The position numbers and the translations under genes were made by a program. Of a stretch of 64,000 bases of DNA, positions 12,046 through 24,107 are shown one piece after another. Each line of letters opens with the position of its first letter. Position 1 is the stretch's first letter. Source of the DNA: Vitrella brassicaformis CCMP3155 (Eukaryota; Protista; Chromerida); NCBI GenBank assembly GCA_001179505.1, contig CDMY01000677.1, forward strand, positions 124,001-188,000, read 5' to 3'. Below the pieces are notes generated by a model, which saw only the letters and a list, made by a program, of their open reading frames with translations, searched no databases and had not been told where the DNA came from.

Positions 12046-13818
12046 ATGGCTTCTGCAGAGATGGATGACGACACTGAGTCTCTGAGTGAGACCGTTCCAG
12101 ACTGTCTGGAGTGTTCGATATGCTTCGGGCTGCTTTACAAGCCCACAGCCCTTGATTGCGGGTGGGTGAGTTGCTTCCCTGGGTCGATGATACATGACTG
12201 ACACCCATGATGTGATGCCATTGCTCTCTGTCGGTTTGGTTGTTTGTTGGTTGCTGACTGACAGGCACGTCTTCTGTTTCTGGTGCTTGTTCCGGTCGAT
12301 GGCGCAATGGCATGCTTCCAAGTGGTGAGAGGGAGGAAGACCACCACTGCAGTCATTGCAAGATGGTGAGGGTGCATCGGGAGTGTTCCGCTGTCGCTGT
12401 CGTGATGCCTGCAGCCCGCTTTGCAAGAGGAGCTTCAGTGTGTTCCCCCGGGTGTGTCGGCCCCTCTACATGTACATCAGGAGCAAATACCCTCGCACCT
12501 TCGACCAGAGAAGGCAAGGTAAGGTACCTACCGACGCTGGCTGGTCAATTCACTGACCAGAGAGAGCACCTTCCAGATTCACACACACACACAATGCACT
12601 CACTCATGGATGCCTTGCCTTTCCTCATCTCATCTCGCTTGGCAGAAGTGGAGGAGTTTGAGCGGGCCACAGAGCGGCAGTCGCCCGCAGAGGAGCACAT
12701 CCTCACCCCCGGCTCTGGGGCCAACGTCGACCGACTCCCCCCAACAGCCAGCCGAGAGATCAGAGACCTCCTCTCCGCATGGCAAGGCAATGACGCGCCT
12801 CAACCGCCATTACCGCCCTCGCCCTCGCGACCCGCTGCTGCTTCTGGCGCCGAGCCGATGGCAGAGAGTGGGGGTGGGCAGCAAGGTGAGGATGGAGCTG
12901 CTGGGGAGGGGGATGAGGCGTTTGTGCACGTGAGCGATGAGGTGTCGTCGCTGCTGTCCCCTGAGATGCGGCCCACGGCTGTGAGGCTGCCGGTCAGAGA
13001 ATTCGTCCACTTCCAAGTGTGTGATGGCACTCACGCGCACACCCAGCCAGCCAGCCAGGAACTGATCTGGATGGGCGTCTGTGTGTTGTGTGTTGTGTAT
13101 GTGTAGGTGGGATGTGACGGCTGTGGTCGGCTGCCTATCGTGGGGGCTCGTTATAGATGTCGTGACTGCCATGAGAGGGTGGGTTACGACCTGTGCGGCG
13201 CGTGTCACCGGGAAAACTACAGTCGATGCGGGCTGTTCAACCAGATGCACACGTGAGCTGTCCAGATGGACATTTATGTGCGTGTTCGGGCGCGGGGGTG
13301 TGTGACTTGTATGTCTGTCAGTCTGTCTGTCTGTCTGGATGTCTGTCTGGATGTCTGTCTCTGTTTTACTCGCTGCATGTGGTGCATGCAGGTCAGCGCA
13401 TAGGATGGAGCTGGTGCAGCCCGACGCCGTCACAGTGCTGCTCAACTGCCTCCACAAATGCCACCCCACACTCCCTCTGTAAGGAAGGAAAGGCACACAG
13501 ACAAACACACCAGCCACACAGACATACATGTACTCTCTGTCTCCCTTCCCTGTCCCTGTCTGCATCCGTCCATGTGGTCGGTGTGTCAGGGCCGAGCTGC
13601 TGTCCCTGCTGGAACTGCAGGGATCCAGCGGGCCCTCCACCCCAGACAATGACAGTGACAATGACCTGGAGGATGAGACCCCCGAGCGGACCGGTCCCCT
13701 CCCACCACTGGGCCTCATGCCTGACGAGCAGTCCCCTCCTGTGGGTGATGACGAGACTGGCGACCGCCCAGCACCAGCTGGCGGGAGGGAAGAGGGGAGG
13801 GGAGGGAGCTCTGCTTGA
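12046..13818 (+). CDS. PRT1: PRT1-like E3 ubiquitin ligase / N-recognin (RING-HC + ZZ zinc finger)
   Basis: Exons 12046-12161, 12265-12324, 12415-12518, 12646-13016, 13107-13252, 13392-about 13478, about 13590-13818. RING: CSICFGLLYKPTALDCGHVFCFWCLFRSMAQWHASKCPLCKRSFSVFPRVC. ZZ: VHFQVGCDGCGRLPIVGARYRCRDCHERVGYDLCGACH...FNQMHTSAHRMEL. Both match recalled plant PRT1 motifs. Confidence 0.82.
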
Positions 13819-14575
13819 TTGACCGAAAGCGACTGACGGGACGGTGGCCCATGCTGCCTGCCCCCGTTCTGTTCTGCTGTGCTGTGCTGGGCCCTCAGCC
13901 ATCGGATGGCCCGCGCGAAGATGAGGCTTGATGGCACAGGGGTGGGTTGGGGCGGGTGGGGTGCCTTTGGTTACTGGCAGGCATGTCAGTATGTGACTGA
14001 CTGACAGGTATGCATGGTGGATGGATCCTATCCTGCTCTGATCGGTCGATCGATTGATTGAAGTTCGGTTCGTGCTTGTCCCGATGCATTGCAGGCACTC
14101 ATGTACACACAGGACACATCGTCTCTCGCATTCACCCACCAGCCCGCCAGTGAGTGCAGTGCGTCCAGGTCATTCATTCACGCATCCCAGTGCGGGGTCA
14201 GTCTGTGGGGTCAGCATGTCGGTCTGTCAGTGCGGGGTTAGTCTTTGGGGTCAGTCAGTCCCCACACCGACAGACCTACATCCTGACCCCAAGAACACAC
14301 CCCACATAGACAGGCAGACCCCATAAAGACAGACACCAAATCGTTTTCCCCCCCATTCAGTCAGTCCTTAACAAACAGCACCATGTACACGAAACGACAC
14401 GACACGACACACACGCTGTACACACGCTGTACAGACAGCCAATCAGACAGACAGGGTTCGCCTCCTTCTGCCGCCGCGCATCGGCCACCCAGCGAACGAA
14501 TCCCTTCCTTCCTTCCCCCCTGCCTTGCCTTGACCACCCTCTCATCGGGCAGTCAGTCAGCCACATCACATCACC

Positions 14576-15169
14576 TCACCTCACTCGCAGCATACGTGCC
14601 CGCGCCTCCGCAGCAGCTGCAGCACAGCAACAGTCGCAGTCACGTCCACCAAACACAGACAGGCACAAACATTGCAAACTGTTCATCGTGCTCTCCATAA
14701 TGTATGTCAGACGTCTCTCTCCGTTTTGTTGCTCTCTCTCTCACCTGCGGCATTTTGTCTGGCGGTGGCGGCACATCCCATAATTCCGGCACACATGTGA
14801 TCTTCAGGCAGCCGGTGGCGCAGACACACCTTCTTGTCGCACTTGGGGCACGCCCACATCGTGGCGAACGTCAACACCGTCCGGCACACCGCACACCGCG
14901 GCTTCTTCTGAACCGGCTGGCACTCATGGGCAGCGAGTGCCTGCTGGGGAGTGAGGGAGTCGACAAGGGGAAGGGCGGTCCCACACTTGTCGCAAAGCAC
15001 GACACGTTTGTCTTTGACAAGATGTCGTGAGCAGGAGTGGTCGGTGATGCACTGCCGGCAGAATGCCGCCCCGCAGCCGTCACAGGTCCTCGTCAGGACG
15101 TCCTTCTGCCGGCAGTAGGGATCCGAGCAGTGCTCACCTGTCGAGCGAACGGTCACACACACCAAACAT
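14576..15169 (-). CDS. AN1-type zinc-finger protein (two AN1 fingers; ZFAND1/ZFAND2-AIRAP-like)
   Basis: Spliced start MFGEHCSDPYCRQKDVLTRTCDGCGAAFCRQC...DHSC; second finger RCAVCRTVLTFATMWACPKCDKKVCLRHRLPEDHMC. Confidence 0.88.
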
Positions 15170-15481
15170 GACGGCGTGGCGGTACAGCTGGGCTACATGG
15201 CTGGCTGCTGAGTTGAGTGTTTGTTGGCTCACCAAGATCTGAGAACTCAGCCATTCCTACAGTTGGTTCTTGTCTGCAGGTCAGCTGTCAGCGTCAGAGA
15301 TGGCGTAATGGCTGTCCTTCGCCTCCTCTCACGACAGGATGGAAACAGGTCGGCTGGTCGAATGAGCAGAGAACGAGTGGAACGCCGCACGAGACGACGC
15401 GTAGGGTGTGTGGGGAGGCAGAGAGGAGGCAGGCTTTCGCCTTTCGTGCCCGATTCTGTCAGCAAGTGCAAGTCGGTCCAC

Positions 15482-15502
15482 GGGTTCAGGGTCTAGGGTT
15501 CA
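15482..15502 (+). repeat. Interstitial telomere-like heptamer triplet (GGGTTCA-GGGTCTA-GGGTTCA)
   Basis: Three tandem heptamers matching the GGGTT(T/C)A-type repeat, about 310 bp upstream of the AN1 gene. Confidence 0.55.
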
Positions 15503-15983
15503 TAGACGGACGATCTACTGATCTGTGAGACAGGACGGCTGTTGAGTCTTTCGTTGTTGTCCGTTCCAGACAGTCCAGGACGTCAGACAGGATGACATCG
15601 TTCTTTGTGTGTACGCAAGGCAAGTGGCTGTTCCGTTAACTACCGAGTCATGAATTCGCACGCACCCATCCATCGCGTCACCACCGGACTTCCTCCTGTC
15701 TACGTCTACCGTGCCATCGCACCTGCCGAGCGACAGGATGGCGGCCAGCTGCGGAAAAGCGACACGATCCTGGCTTGACTTGGCTCCACACACTCCATCC
15801 ATCCATCCACCCACCCACCCATTGGACACTCATTGGCTGCCCTCTAAAAGTACTGACTGTCGAATGTGCGTTGCGTATGTCACTGGCTGTACGGCCTCTA
15901 CTGCTATCACACAGACAACTCAGCCGGCCGCGAGACCAAGACCGGTGCACACACACACCCGGAGCGTTGGGTAGGTAGCTCTA

Positions 15984-18900
15984 CTACCGAGGCCCCCGCC
16001 CCCTTCTGCCTCCCCTTGCCCGCCCTCCGTGGCCATATCCATGGCCGAACCCCCTCTTGCCCACGCCGTACCCGCCCCTGCCGTCCTGGTAGTACTCGCC
16101 AAAGTAACTGTCATCCTCGTCGTGCTCCATGAAACTGTAGGCACGGCCTCGCCCGCCCCCCCTGCCCCTGCCGCTACGCCCACCCCTTCCTCCTCCCGAC
16201 GAGAACTGGTTGAAGGCCTGCTGCATCCTCGCCGCCGTCGGGGAGGCGTCTGTGTGCTGCTGATATGTGTCGTATCTGTCGTCTTGCTGCTGCTGGTGTT
16301 GGGAGAAGGGCATCGGGTGTTCATGGTCGGCAGCGGGAGCGGACGTCGCGTGTGGGATGTGTGGAAACGGCAGTCGTGGCGGCCGCGATGATGGGGGAGG
16401 GTGGGGGGGTGGAAGGATCTGAGGGACAGACGACCACCGCTGGTCGTCCATCTGCGGCGTGCCGGCTTCATCCTGCCGCTGCTTCCTCTGCCTTCGCCGT
16501 CTGCTCTGCGGTGTTGCCACGTTCCGCTCACCCGCCCCCGCCCCCGGGACAGTGAGACGATGTCCCGCTCCTGCCGTGTTTGGCTGTCCTCTGCCGTGTA
16601 GCTGGATAGCCCCATAGGCCGACGGATGGACCGCCCCAGCCCCTGGGGGCGGGGGTGGCCGGCCGAAGCCTCCCGGTCCCGGATGGCCACCGTGGTGGTG
16701 TGTGTGGTGGTGGTGGGTCGGTCTGTATGGGTTGTCGGTATTGCGGAGGAGGGCCTTGATCTGGTTGTCGTCTTGCTTGCGGTAGCGGCGGAAGAGCTCG
16801 TCCAGCGGCTGGCGAGTCGACAGCAGGAAGGCCGCACGACGCAGCTCCATCGACACGCGCTCCTGGGCCGCGAAAGACAGACCTGTGGACAGGCAATGAA
16901 GGAATGGCACACAGCACAGCAATCGTCACGGACGCCACGTGGATGTGAGTGTCTGTGTTCTTTTGATGACTCACACACCGAGGGTGCGATCCTTCTCCAA
17001 AGGGTCCTCGATGGCCATGCAGATGCGCTGGAATATGTGATCCAGCGCCCGTCCGCCCTCGACCTCCTCCTCTGGTTCCCCCTCCGCCTCTCCCTCTCCC
17101 TCCCCCGTCGGCTCTTCAGCCGCCTCCTCCTCACCGATTGCCGCATCCCCCTCAATGGCAGCAGCAGCTGCCTGGTCGGTATCGGCGTCGGCCTCGCACT
17201 CCGTCTCCTCTCGCGCCTCGGTCTCCTCCTCCTGGTAGTCGTCGTAGGGCCGGTCGTCGGCCGATGTCTCGTCGTTGGATGGGGACGGCAGGGCGGCGTC
17301 GGTGGAGGGCTCCTCGGACTCATCTGCTGCAGACAGGGGGGCCTCACTCGACACAGGGGCCTCGTTGGCGGCGGGCTCGGTCGGCTGCATTTGGAGAGAA
17401 AAACAGACATATGCAGACAGACACATGAATGACATGGGGGGCATACATGCTCGCTCGCTTACCGTGGTCTCAGCCGCCGTGACGCTGTCGCTCGCGCTGG
17501 CGGCGCTGGTGGCGCTGGTGGTCCGCGCAGGTGCGCCGCTGGAGAAGTAGTCCCTCTTGGTCAGGTGTTGTGCTACCCCCGCCGGCCGCTTGATGGATAC
17601 CACATCGCGGTAGTAGTTGAACATATAGGCGAAATATACGGTAAACTCGTAGAAGAGCGACAGCAGACTGTCACCCGCTACCCCAGACCCTCTTGCAGGT
17701 GGGGCGTCGCTCGGGTTCTGCTGCTGCCCCTGCCCCTGGCCCCCGCCCATGCCGAGCATGGAGAGCAGGTCGTTGACACCTCTGCTCTGACTGCCCCCCC
17801 GCTCCCGCACCAGCACGTTGTTCTCCCTCTCCATGCGCCGCAGCGGCTCGCACGGGTCGGCCAGCAGCCGATGGGCGAGGGATCCCGGCGCAGGGAAGTC
17901 GGTATAGTCGGCTTCGGTTGTGGGGAAGATGGGCGTGTTGACGCCGTCTGTGGGGTGGACGTAGAAGACATCGTTGTTCTGCGGGGGGTCGACCAGCACG
18001 GAGGGGTAGGGCGGGGGACACACGTGGGCCGGGGGGCTCTGCAGATTGGGCAGCACGGGCTGCCCGGTGGTCAGCTGACGGTGGTGCTGCAGGAAATGGC
18101 TGAGTGAGTGACAAAGGGAGGGAAAAGAGGACGGACAAGTGACAAACAAAGAGATTCGGCGAGATGTGGTGCGGTGCAGCAGGCTGACAGACATGGTGAG
18201 GAGGATCCATGAGTATGAAGAGAAGGCCCCTCGTCTGGGGTCGACAAGGCCCCGGCACTTGGCCCAGTGCTTCACGACAAGACCCAGCGCAGCCGCACGG
18301 CTGTCATGCTCGGCATACGCCCTGCAGGTTACCGAACAAACAAACGATCACACACACACACATACACACACACAGAGGCAGGGATCCCTGGATATATCGG
18401 TGTTTTTTCCGTCCATGCGGACGGACGGACGTACCTGAGGAGTCTTGAGTTGTGCAGGACGACTTCATGGTTGAAGGATATGTCGATGGTCAGCTCAGGG
18501 TGATCGTACTCATCATAGGCACGCCCGTCGGCGTCGGTCTTGCGCCGGATGGCCGTGCACTTGACGATCGGCACCCGGGCGTTCTCGATGCACTCTATCT
18601 GAAACACCGACTGGTCCAGCGCACGGGACAGCACACGGACGGCCTGACACAACCAACAGCCACACACACATCTCATCTGTGTTCGCTGTGGTCTCTCCTG
18701 TCTGTCCTCCTCAGCATTCCCTCACCCACCTGGATGGTCGGTGCGTGAGGCAGCTTGAGCCACTGCCAGTTGTCGTGTTTGTCGCTAGGGAACGAGTCGG
18801 CCGCCCGCAGAGGGTTCTCGTCCTTGGCGCCACTGGCCGCCTCTGCGCGGGCCTCATCCATCAGTCGACTGAGCCTGGAGGGCGGCAGCTGCACCACCAC

Positions 18901-19880
18901 ATCAAGGTCGCTCTCCCTGGTGGCGAAGCCGTTCACTGCGCTGCCGTACAGCAAGCCGGGATGGCCGAAAGTGGAGGTCGTCACGTCCACAACTGATGAA
19001 TGAAGACCAAGGAGAATAAATGCGTGGAGGTCTGATTTTGTGGCATGCGCGTGCAAGGCTGACTTACTGTTTTGGAATAGCCGGATCCATGTGTGTATCT
19101 GGTGTTTGTCGGGCCTGAGGCGGTCGACTCTGTCCCACAGCTGCGCATCGTGCGGGTCGGGGGCGTGCGCGTCCACTACTGGCGACGGCGGGATGAACAC
19201 ACTCGTGTTGCGGTTGAAGAAGTACTCAACCTGACACCACCCACCACCGACAGATGGATGGATGGATGGATGGATGGATGCCTCGTGAGATCTGTCCTCC
19301 CATGCACCCACCTGTTCAAGCCGCGTTCTGCAGGAGTATCCGAGCCGTCCTCTCTTAACCAGATCTCTCACGGCCGCGAGGAAGGTCCGCTGCTGCTGCC
19401 GTCCCCCGACGCTCTCCTGCACCAGCATGTAGTCCACCAGCCGCGTGCAGGCGATCCTCTGCTCATAGGTGGAGAACACCGCGGGCATGTGAGGCACCGC
19501 AACGGCTTGAAGTGTCTACACACAGACACACACAGAGAGAGAGTCGAGATCTGACCAGATCTTCAAACGCACTCCGTCCGTCTCATGTGGGGTGCTTGTG
19601 AGCTCACCGCGAGGACGCACTCAGCCACGGCATCGCAGTACGCCGAGAGGAAAGCCGCCCTCTGCTGCGACAGCTCATCAGCCAATCTGGTGAGATGGTG
19701 GTAGTGGAGATCCTTGAGGTTGGTGGTGCTCCAGATGGAGTTGCGGAGGCGGTGCGCCACGTCCACATGCGGGTGCCCGTCCACAGCTGACGTGAAGCCG
19801 CTGATGAGATCATCCGTAAGGCGTGAGCTGTCGTATTCGGTGAGAGGGGAGCGAGGCGGGATGGGATTGTTGAACTCCAT
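15984..19880 (-). CDS. Terminal nucleotidyltransferase (Cid1/TUT4-7/URT1-like TUTase or non-canonical poly(A) polymerase) with a C-terminal RGG-rich disordered tail
   Basis: LYGSAVNGFATRESDLDVVV (GS...DxD), ARVPIVK, IDISFNHEVVLHNSRLL, VKHWAKCRGL, FSSYSWILL, PVLPNLQ, PAP-associated MAIEDPLEKDRTLG; tail GGRGGRSGRGRGGGRGR...GGRARGGRRGRGPR. Confidence 0.9.
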
Positions 19881-19921
19881 CTCCCTGGGATTGAAGGCAC
19901 AGATGCGTTGCGGATTCGTCA

Positions 19922-19961
19922 GGGTTTAGGGTTGTGCAGGGTCCAGGGTTCGGAGGGTCTG
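19922..19961 (+). repeat. Degenerate telomere-like heptamer cluster in the TUTase/RING divergent spacer
   Basis: GGGTTTA GGGTTGT gca GGGTCCA GGGTTCG ga GGGTCTG. Confidence 0.5.
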
Positions 19962-20109
19962 GGGCGGAAGGGGTGCCTTCGAAGCAATTGGAAGTGGCGG
20001 CCCGCCATATTGCCGATGTCTGAAACAGAAAGTGCACGCCCGTCCGCCGACCATCAGGATGGCCAGAGGGCAGATCTCTCGAGGCAGCCGAACAACACGT
20101 ACTTGTCAA

Positions 20110-23100
20110 TGATGCACCTCGCTCGCCGGATCTTGGCGGATGACACTGACGACGAGGACAATCGGAGGCTTGCGTGGGAAGTCGCTCGTGGGGATTTTCG
20201 CAACGCCATTGAGATCTTTGCGGCTCACGAGTCGCTCGACAACAGCGTGCAGTACGACCTGCTGGAAGTGGCGCGCATTGCCGCTCGCGGTCCCCAGGCT
20301 GGTGTGGTGCCGACATGCAAGCAACTGCGGCCTCAGCTCGATTACTGGTTTCCCGAGCGGCCATGGATTTGTGTGTGGGGCGCAGCGGCATCCACCGCGC
20401 CATTCATCGTGTTCAAGCAGCGGATGGCGATGAAGATTTTTGTAAGCACCCACAACGAAACACCGTGTGAGCCTTTACATGCACTCAGCTCCTCCCTTGC
20501 GACTGCTTTCAGTGTACCTCGGCTATTGCCGCTGGCAACCCCCCTCCCTGGGACCTTCCCGCGCTCTCAGATCAGGAGACCGAGCCTTCAACGAGGCCGA
20601 GGACTCCCTGCACGGAGCGTGTCGTCGCGGCTTGCATTTCGATGACGATCTTCTGCGGCAGCTCCTCAGCAAGTGGCTGAGTCTGGTGGCGCCGCTCTTC
20701 CCCGACATGGAGACGGCCGTGGGGATGGCCAACAATATCGAATGCTCCTCTTTTCTGAGCATGAGCCACCCGCTAAGCAAGAGGGGCACCAGGCGCATGG
20801 CCTTCCGCGTCAATGACATCATGGATCTCGTCGTGGTCCAGTGGCCCAAGACAGCGGCCTCCCAGCCGCTCCGCAGCTCTCTCACGGCACCAAGCGGCCT
20901 CTCGGAAGTCTTCAAGCCGACGGCAGACCTCCCTAGGCGCCTCACTGTCAGCGGCCTATCCATCCGGCTTCAACCGGAGCTTGTCGATCCGCCTGAAATG
21001 CTCTCCGCAGAGGCTGCTGCGGAAGCAATGGTGTCGCTTGAAAATCGCAAGGACTCGTCGTCGTGGAAGAGGGTTGTGCTGCGAGACTTGAGCCGCATGC
21101 CTGAGATGGACTATCTGTGTGTGGGGATGTGGAGGCACCGGAAGATCCCCTTTGCATCGAGCTTGCCGACAGTGGTGATGGAAGCCAAGAGCTCAGTACG
21201 TTGCAACGTTGGCACAGACACACAGGGAAGGAGTGCAGTGGTGGACAAACTATCGTCGCCGTGTGTTGCCCTGTGTGCGTGTGCCTTTGTAGTCGCTGCT
21301 GGTGGGGGTGCGCGAGAGGCTCAGAAGCCTTCCTATTGTGGACCCCATCCTCTCTGCATCAGTCGATGTCCTCCAGCAAGCCCTCGTCGCCGCTGCCGCA
21401 AGCATCAAGGATCGCTTCCCCCCGCCCACCTCTCCCGACGAGCAGCACAGATACATGGAGCGGGTGATGCACCGCTGGTACGACAACGTCACCCTCGGCA
21501 AGACGCCACTGGCCAGTGAGCTTGCAATGTTGGTCGTCGACCAGCCCCTGAGAGCAGAGAGTCTGTCGATTTCCTCGAAGGGTTGGGTGAGCAGCTTTCG
21601 GCTGCCCGAGTGGCGAGGGCTGCGCTTCATATGCATCCGGTTCGCCAAGGGGGTGCTCGAGGAGCCAGAGGACGAGTCGAGAGACGCTCAGGAGGCGGGA
21701 GAGGGAGAAGGTGATGCGCCTGAGGAGCCAACGCTGGAGGACTTCGTCGAGGATGCTCCGCCGTCGCCACAGCTGCGTCGCACCGAGATGAAGGAGCGGC
21801 TGCTGAAGGTCAAGGAGCAGCGAGACAAAAAGAAGAGGCGGCAGGCTCGACAGGAGGCCAAGCAGAAGACGCCCACGGCGGCCGAGTCGGCTTGTCAACA
21901 GAAGAAAGTCGACGCTAGGATGGCGGCTCTCATCAAGGAGGAGGAGGAGGCACAGAAAAAGGCGGCCGACAAGAAGCCCGACAAGAAGAGGGGCGAGAGC
22001 GCCAAGGGGCAGCCCGCCACAGCGGCCAACAGCAGCCAGCCGAGTGCATCTGACCAGCAGGAGGATCAGCCAGGTCCCAGTGTATCTGTCAGTGACGAGC
22101 AGCCTGACGAGGACAGCGACGCCCTCCTGCTGGCGTCGGCCTTTGGCAGGCGGGCTATCGACAGCCACAAACAGCCCACCAAGCCCAAAGAGGAGAAGTG
22201 CCATGCCCCAAGGCCCGGCCCGCTGCCCAGGCCAGCAAGGCCTCCCGTCCACCCTTCCCTCCAGCCCACAAGACAGCTACTCTGCCCTCGGCTGACAAGA
22301 CGGTCGGCCGGCAATCTCCGGCCTCGGCCAAGGGAGGTCGCGATGGGATGTCATTCGCCGACCAAGCACCGCGTCAACTGCCGATCAGACGCCCACTCCA
22401 CCTGGTGCACCGCCCCTCTTGTTTAAGCCGGGCCCTCCAGCTCCACGGCTGCCATCACCCGAGGAGCTGCGTCAATCAGCAGAGCGTCCATCATTCCATT
22501 TCAGTCCCCCTCCGTTTCCCCCGCCCCCTCCACCCCTCCCACCTCCACACAAGCCGGCAGGCGGCGTCAGTGTATTCCCGCCACTAGCACATGCGCATGA
22601 GACCCTGCCGGCCGACATGATGGCACCACAGCGGCCGTAAGCTGACACAAAGAGCGGAAGGAAGACGCACAGTCATTGTGGTGTGTGCCGTGTTCTCTCA
22701 GTGACGTGTTTCCCTCGTTGTCGAGCGTGGATCGTCCATTGTGTCACCGGGGCCCCCCGCCGCTCGTCTCCTGCCCCAGGTGAGGACGGACAGGCCCCCT
22801 TCACACAATACGCGCACTCGTGGGTGGCTTTCTTGGGTCTTCTCAGGTCATCGAAGCCATCATTGAGTCAGGATGAGGGTCGTTTCTACCAGTCGGAAGA
22901 CGCAGCTCATTTGGCGCCATTCTATGAGCAGAGGTACGCGCTGCCAGCACACCAGCACGGCAACCTCTGAGTTTCATCCCCGTCTGTGTCGTATGGTGTC
23001 AGCTCTTCGTACGATGTCTTCCCGTCGTCCAGCAGCTACGACTACCACCCCAGTGAGCCAGCTCCCTCATCACCGACACCACCACCACCACCACCAGCAA

Positions 23101-24107
23101 GTGCACCAAGTGCCGCTCCTTCTCAGCCACTTGACCAATCGTACGCCACACCCTCACTCAGACAGGGAAAAGGCAGCTCTATCTCGTTTCCCTTGTCAGC
23201 TATGAGTGGGGCTATCCCTTCAGTGGCCCATTCGACGATTCATCGCAATACCACCGCACAGAGGCAGAGTACGCACACGCCAATGAGCAGCTAGCTCGTC
23301 ACCCACCTGCATCGCGTGTCTCGATTGGCAGGCCTTACGAGCCTGAGTGGCCGTCATGGGCTGACGAGGACATCCCTGACAGTGAGGTGCCGCTCCCGGG
23401 TCCCATCTTCGAAGATGAGGAGGTCGACCAGCCGCAGCCGCACTCAGCTGACTCGTATGCGGCCGCTGCTGCTGCTGCTGCTACTGGTGGTGGTGGTGCA
23501 GATGATAGGTGCGCACACACACATAGACGATGACCGGTGTGGATGGACGGGTTCTGTGCAGCATGGGTGTGTCGTCCCGTGAGGCTGAGCTGCAGCGGCA
23601 GAATGATGAGCTGGCCAGGCAACTAGAGGAGACCCAGCGGAGGTAGGCAAGCGTACTCACCTGCCCCGGCCCCCCGCACCTGGTGCAAGTGCCATTCCTT
23701 CCTCGCTCAGGTTGGCCGAGTTGAGCGTCCAGCAGCAGCCCCATTCATCCCAGCCGCCCTCATCCAGCAGCTCGGCTGCCCCTCCACCGCTCCCGTCGCC
23801 ACCGCAGGTGGCCGGCATTGGTGCCGACGGCGACCTGCCACCGGGCGAGTGTGTGATATGTTTCGGGGAGCACGGCGTTGCGTCCATCATGTACGTGCCC
23901 TGCAAGCACCTGTGTGTGTGCGGCCACTGCTATGCCGACCGCAGGCGGCGCCACGAGGCTCGGGTGCGGCGGCACAACGCCCGTGCTGAGAGCGAGGCTG
24001 ACAAGCGGTCCATCCCCAAGTTCGAGTGTGACATCTGCCGCAAGGAGGTCGACTACGCCGGGACTCGAGCGGAAGTGCTCCAGTGGATCGGACAGCCATT
24101 CACCTAG
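20110..24107 (+). CDS. Large lineage-specific protein with coiled-coil and Pro-rich linkers and a C-terminal RING finger (probable E3 ligase)
   Basis: C-terminal CVICFGEHGVASIMYVPCKHLCVCGHCY...FECDICRKEV (C3HC4). Long coding exons at about 20570-21200 and 21360-22080. 5' exon structure uncertain. Confidence 0.75.

Noticed and set aside
20110-20580. Possible frameshift in the 5' part of the RING gene
   Set aside because: A short intron (about 20302-20337) or a different start could reconcile the phases; evidence insufficient.
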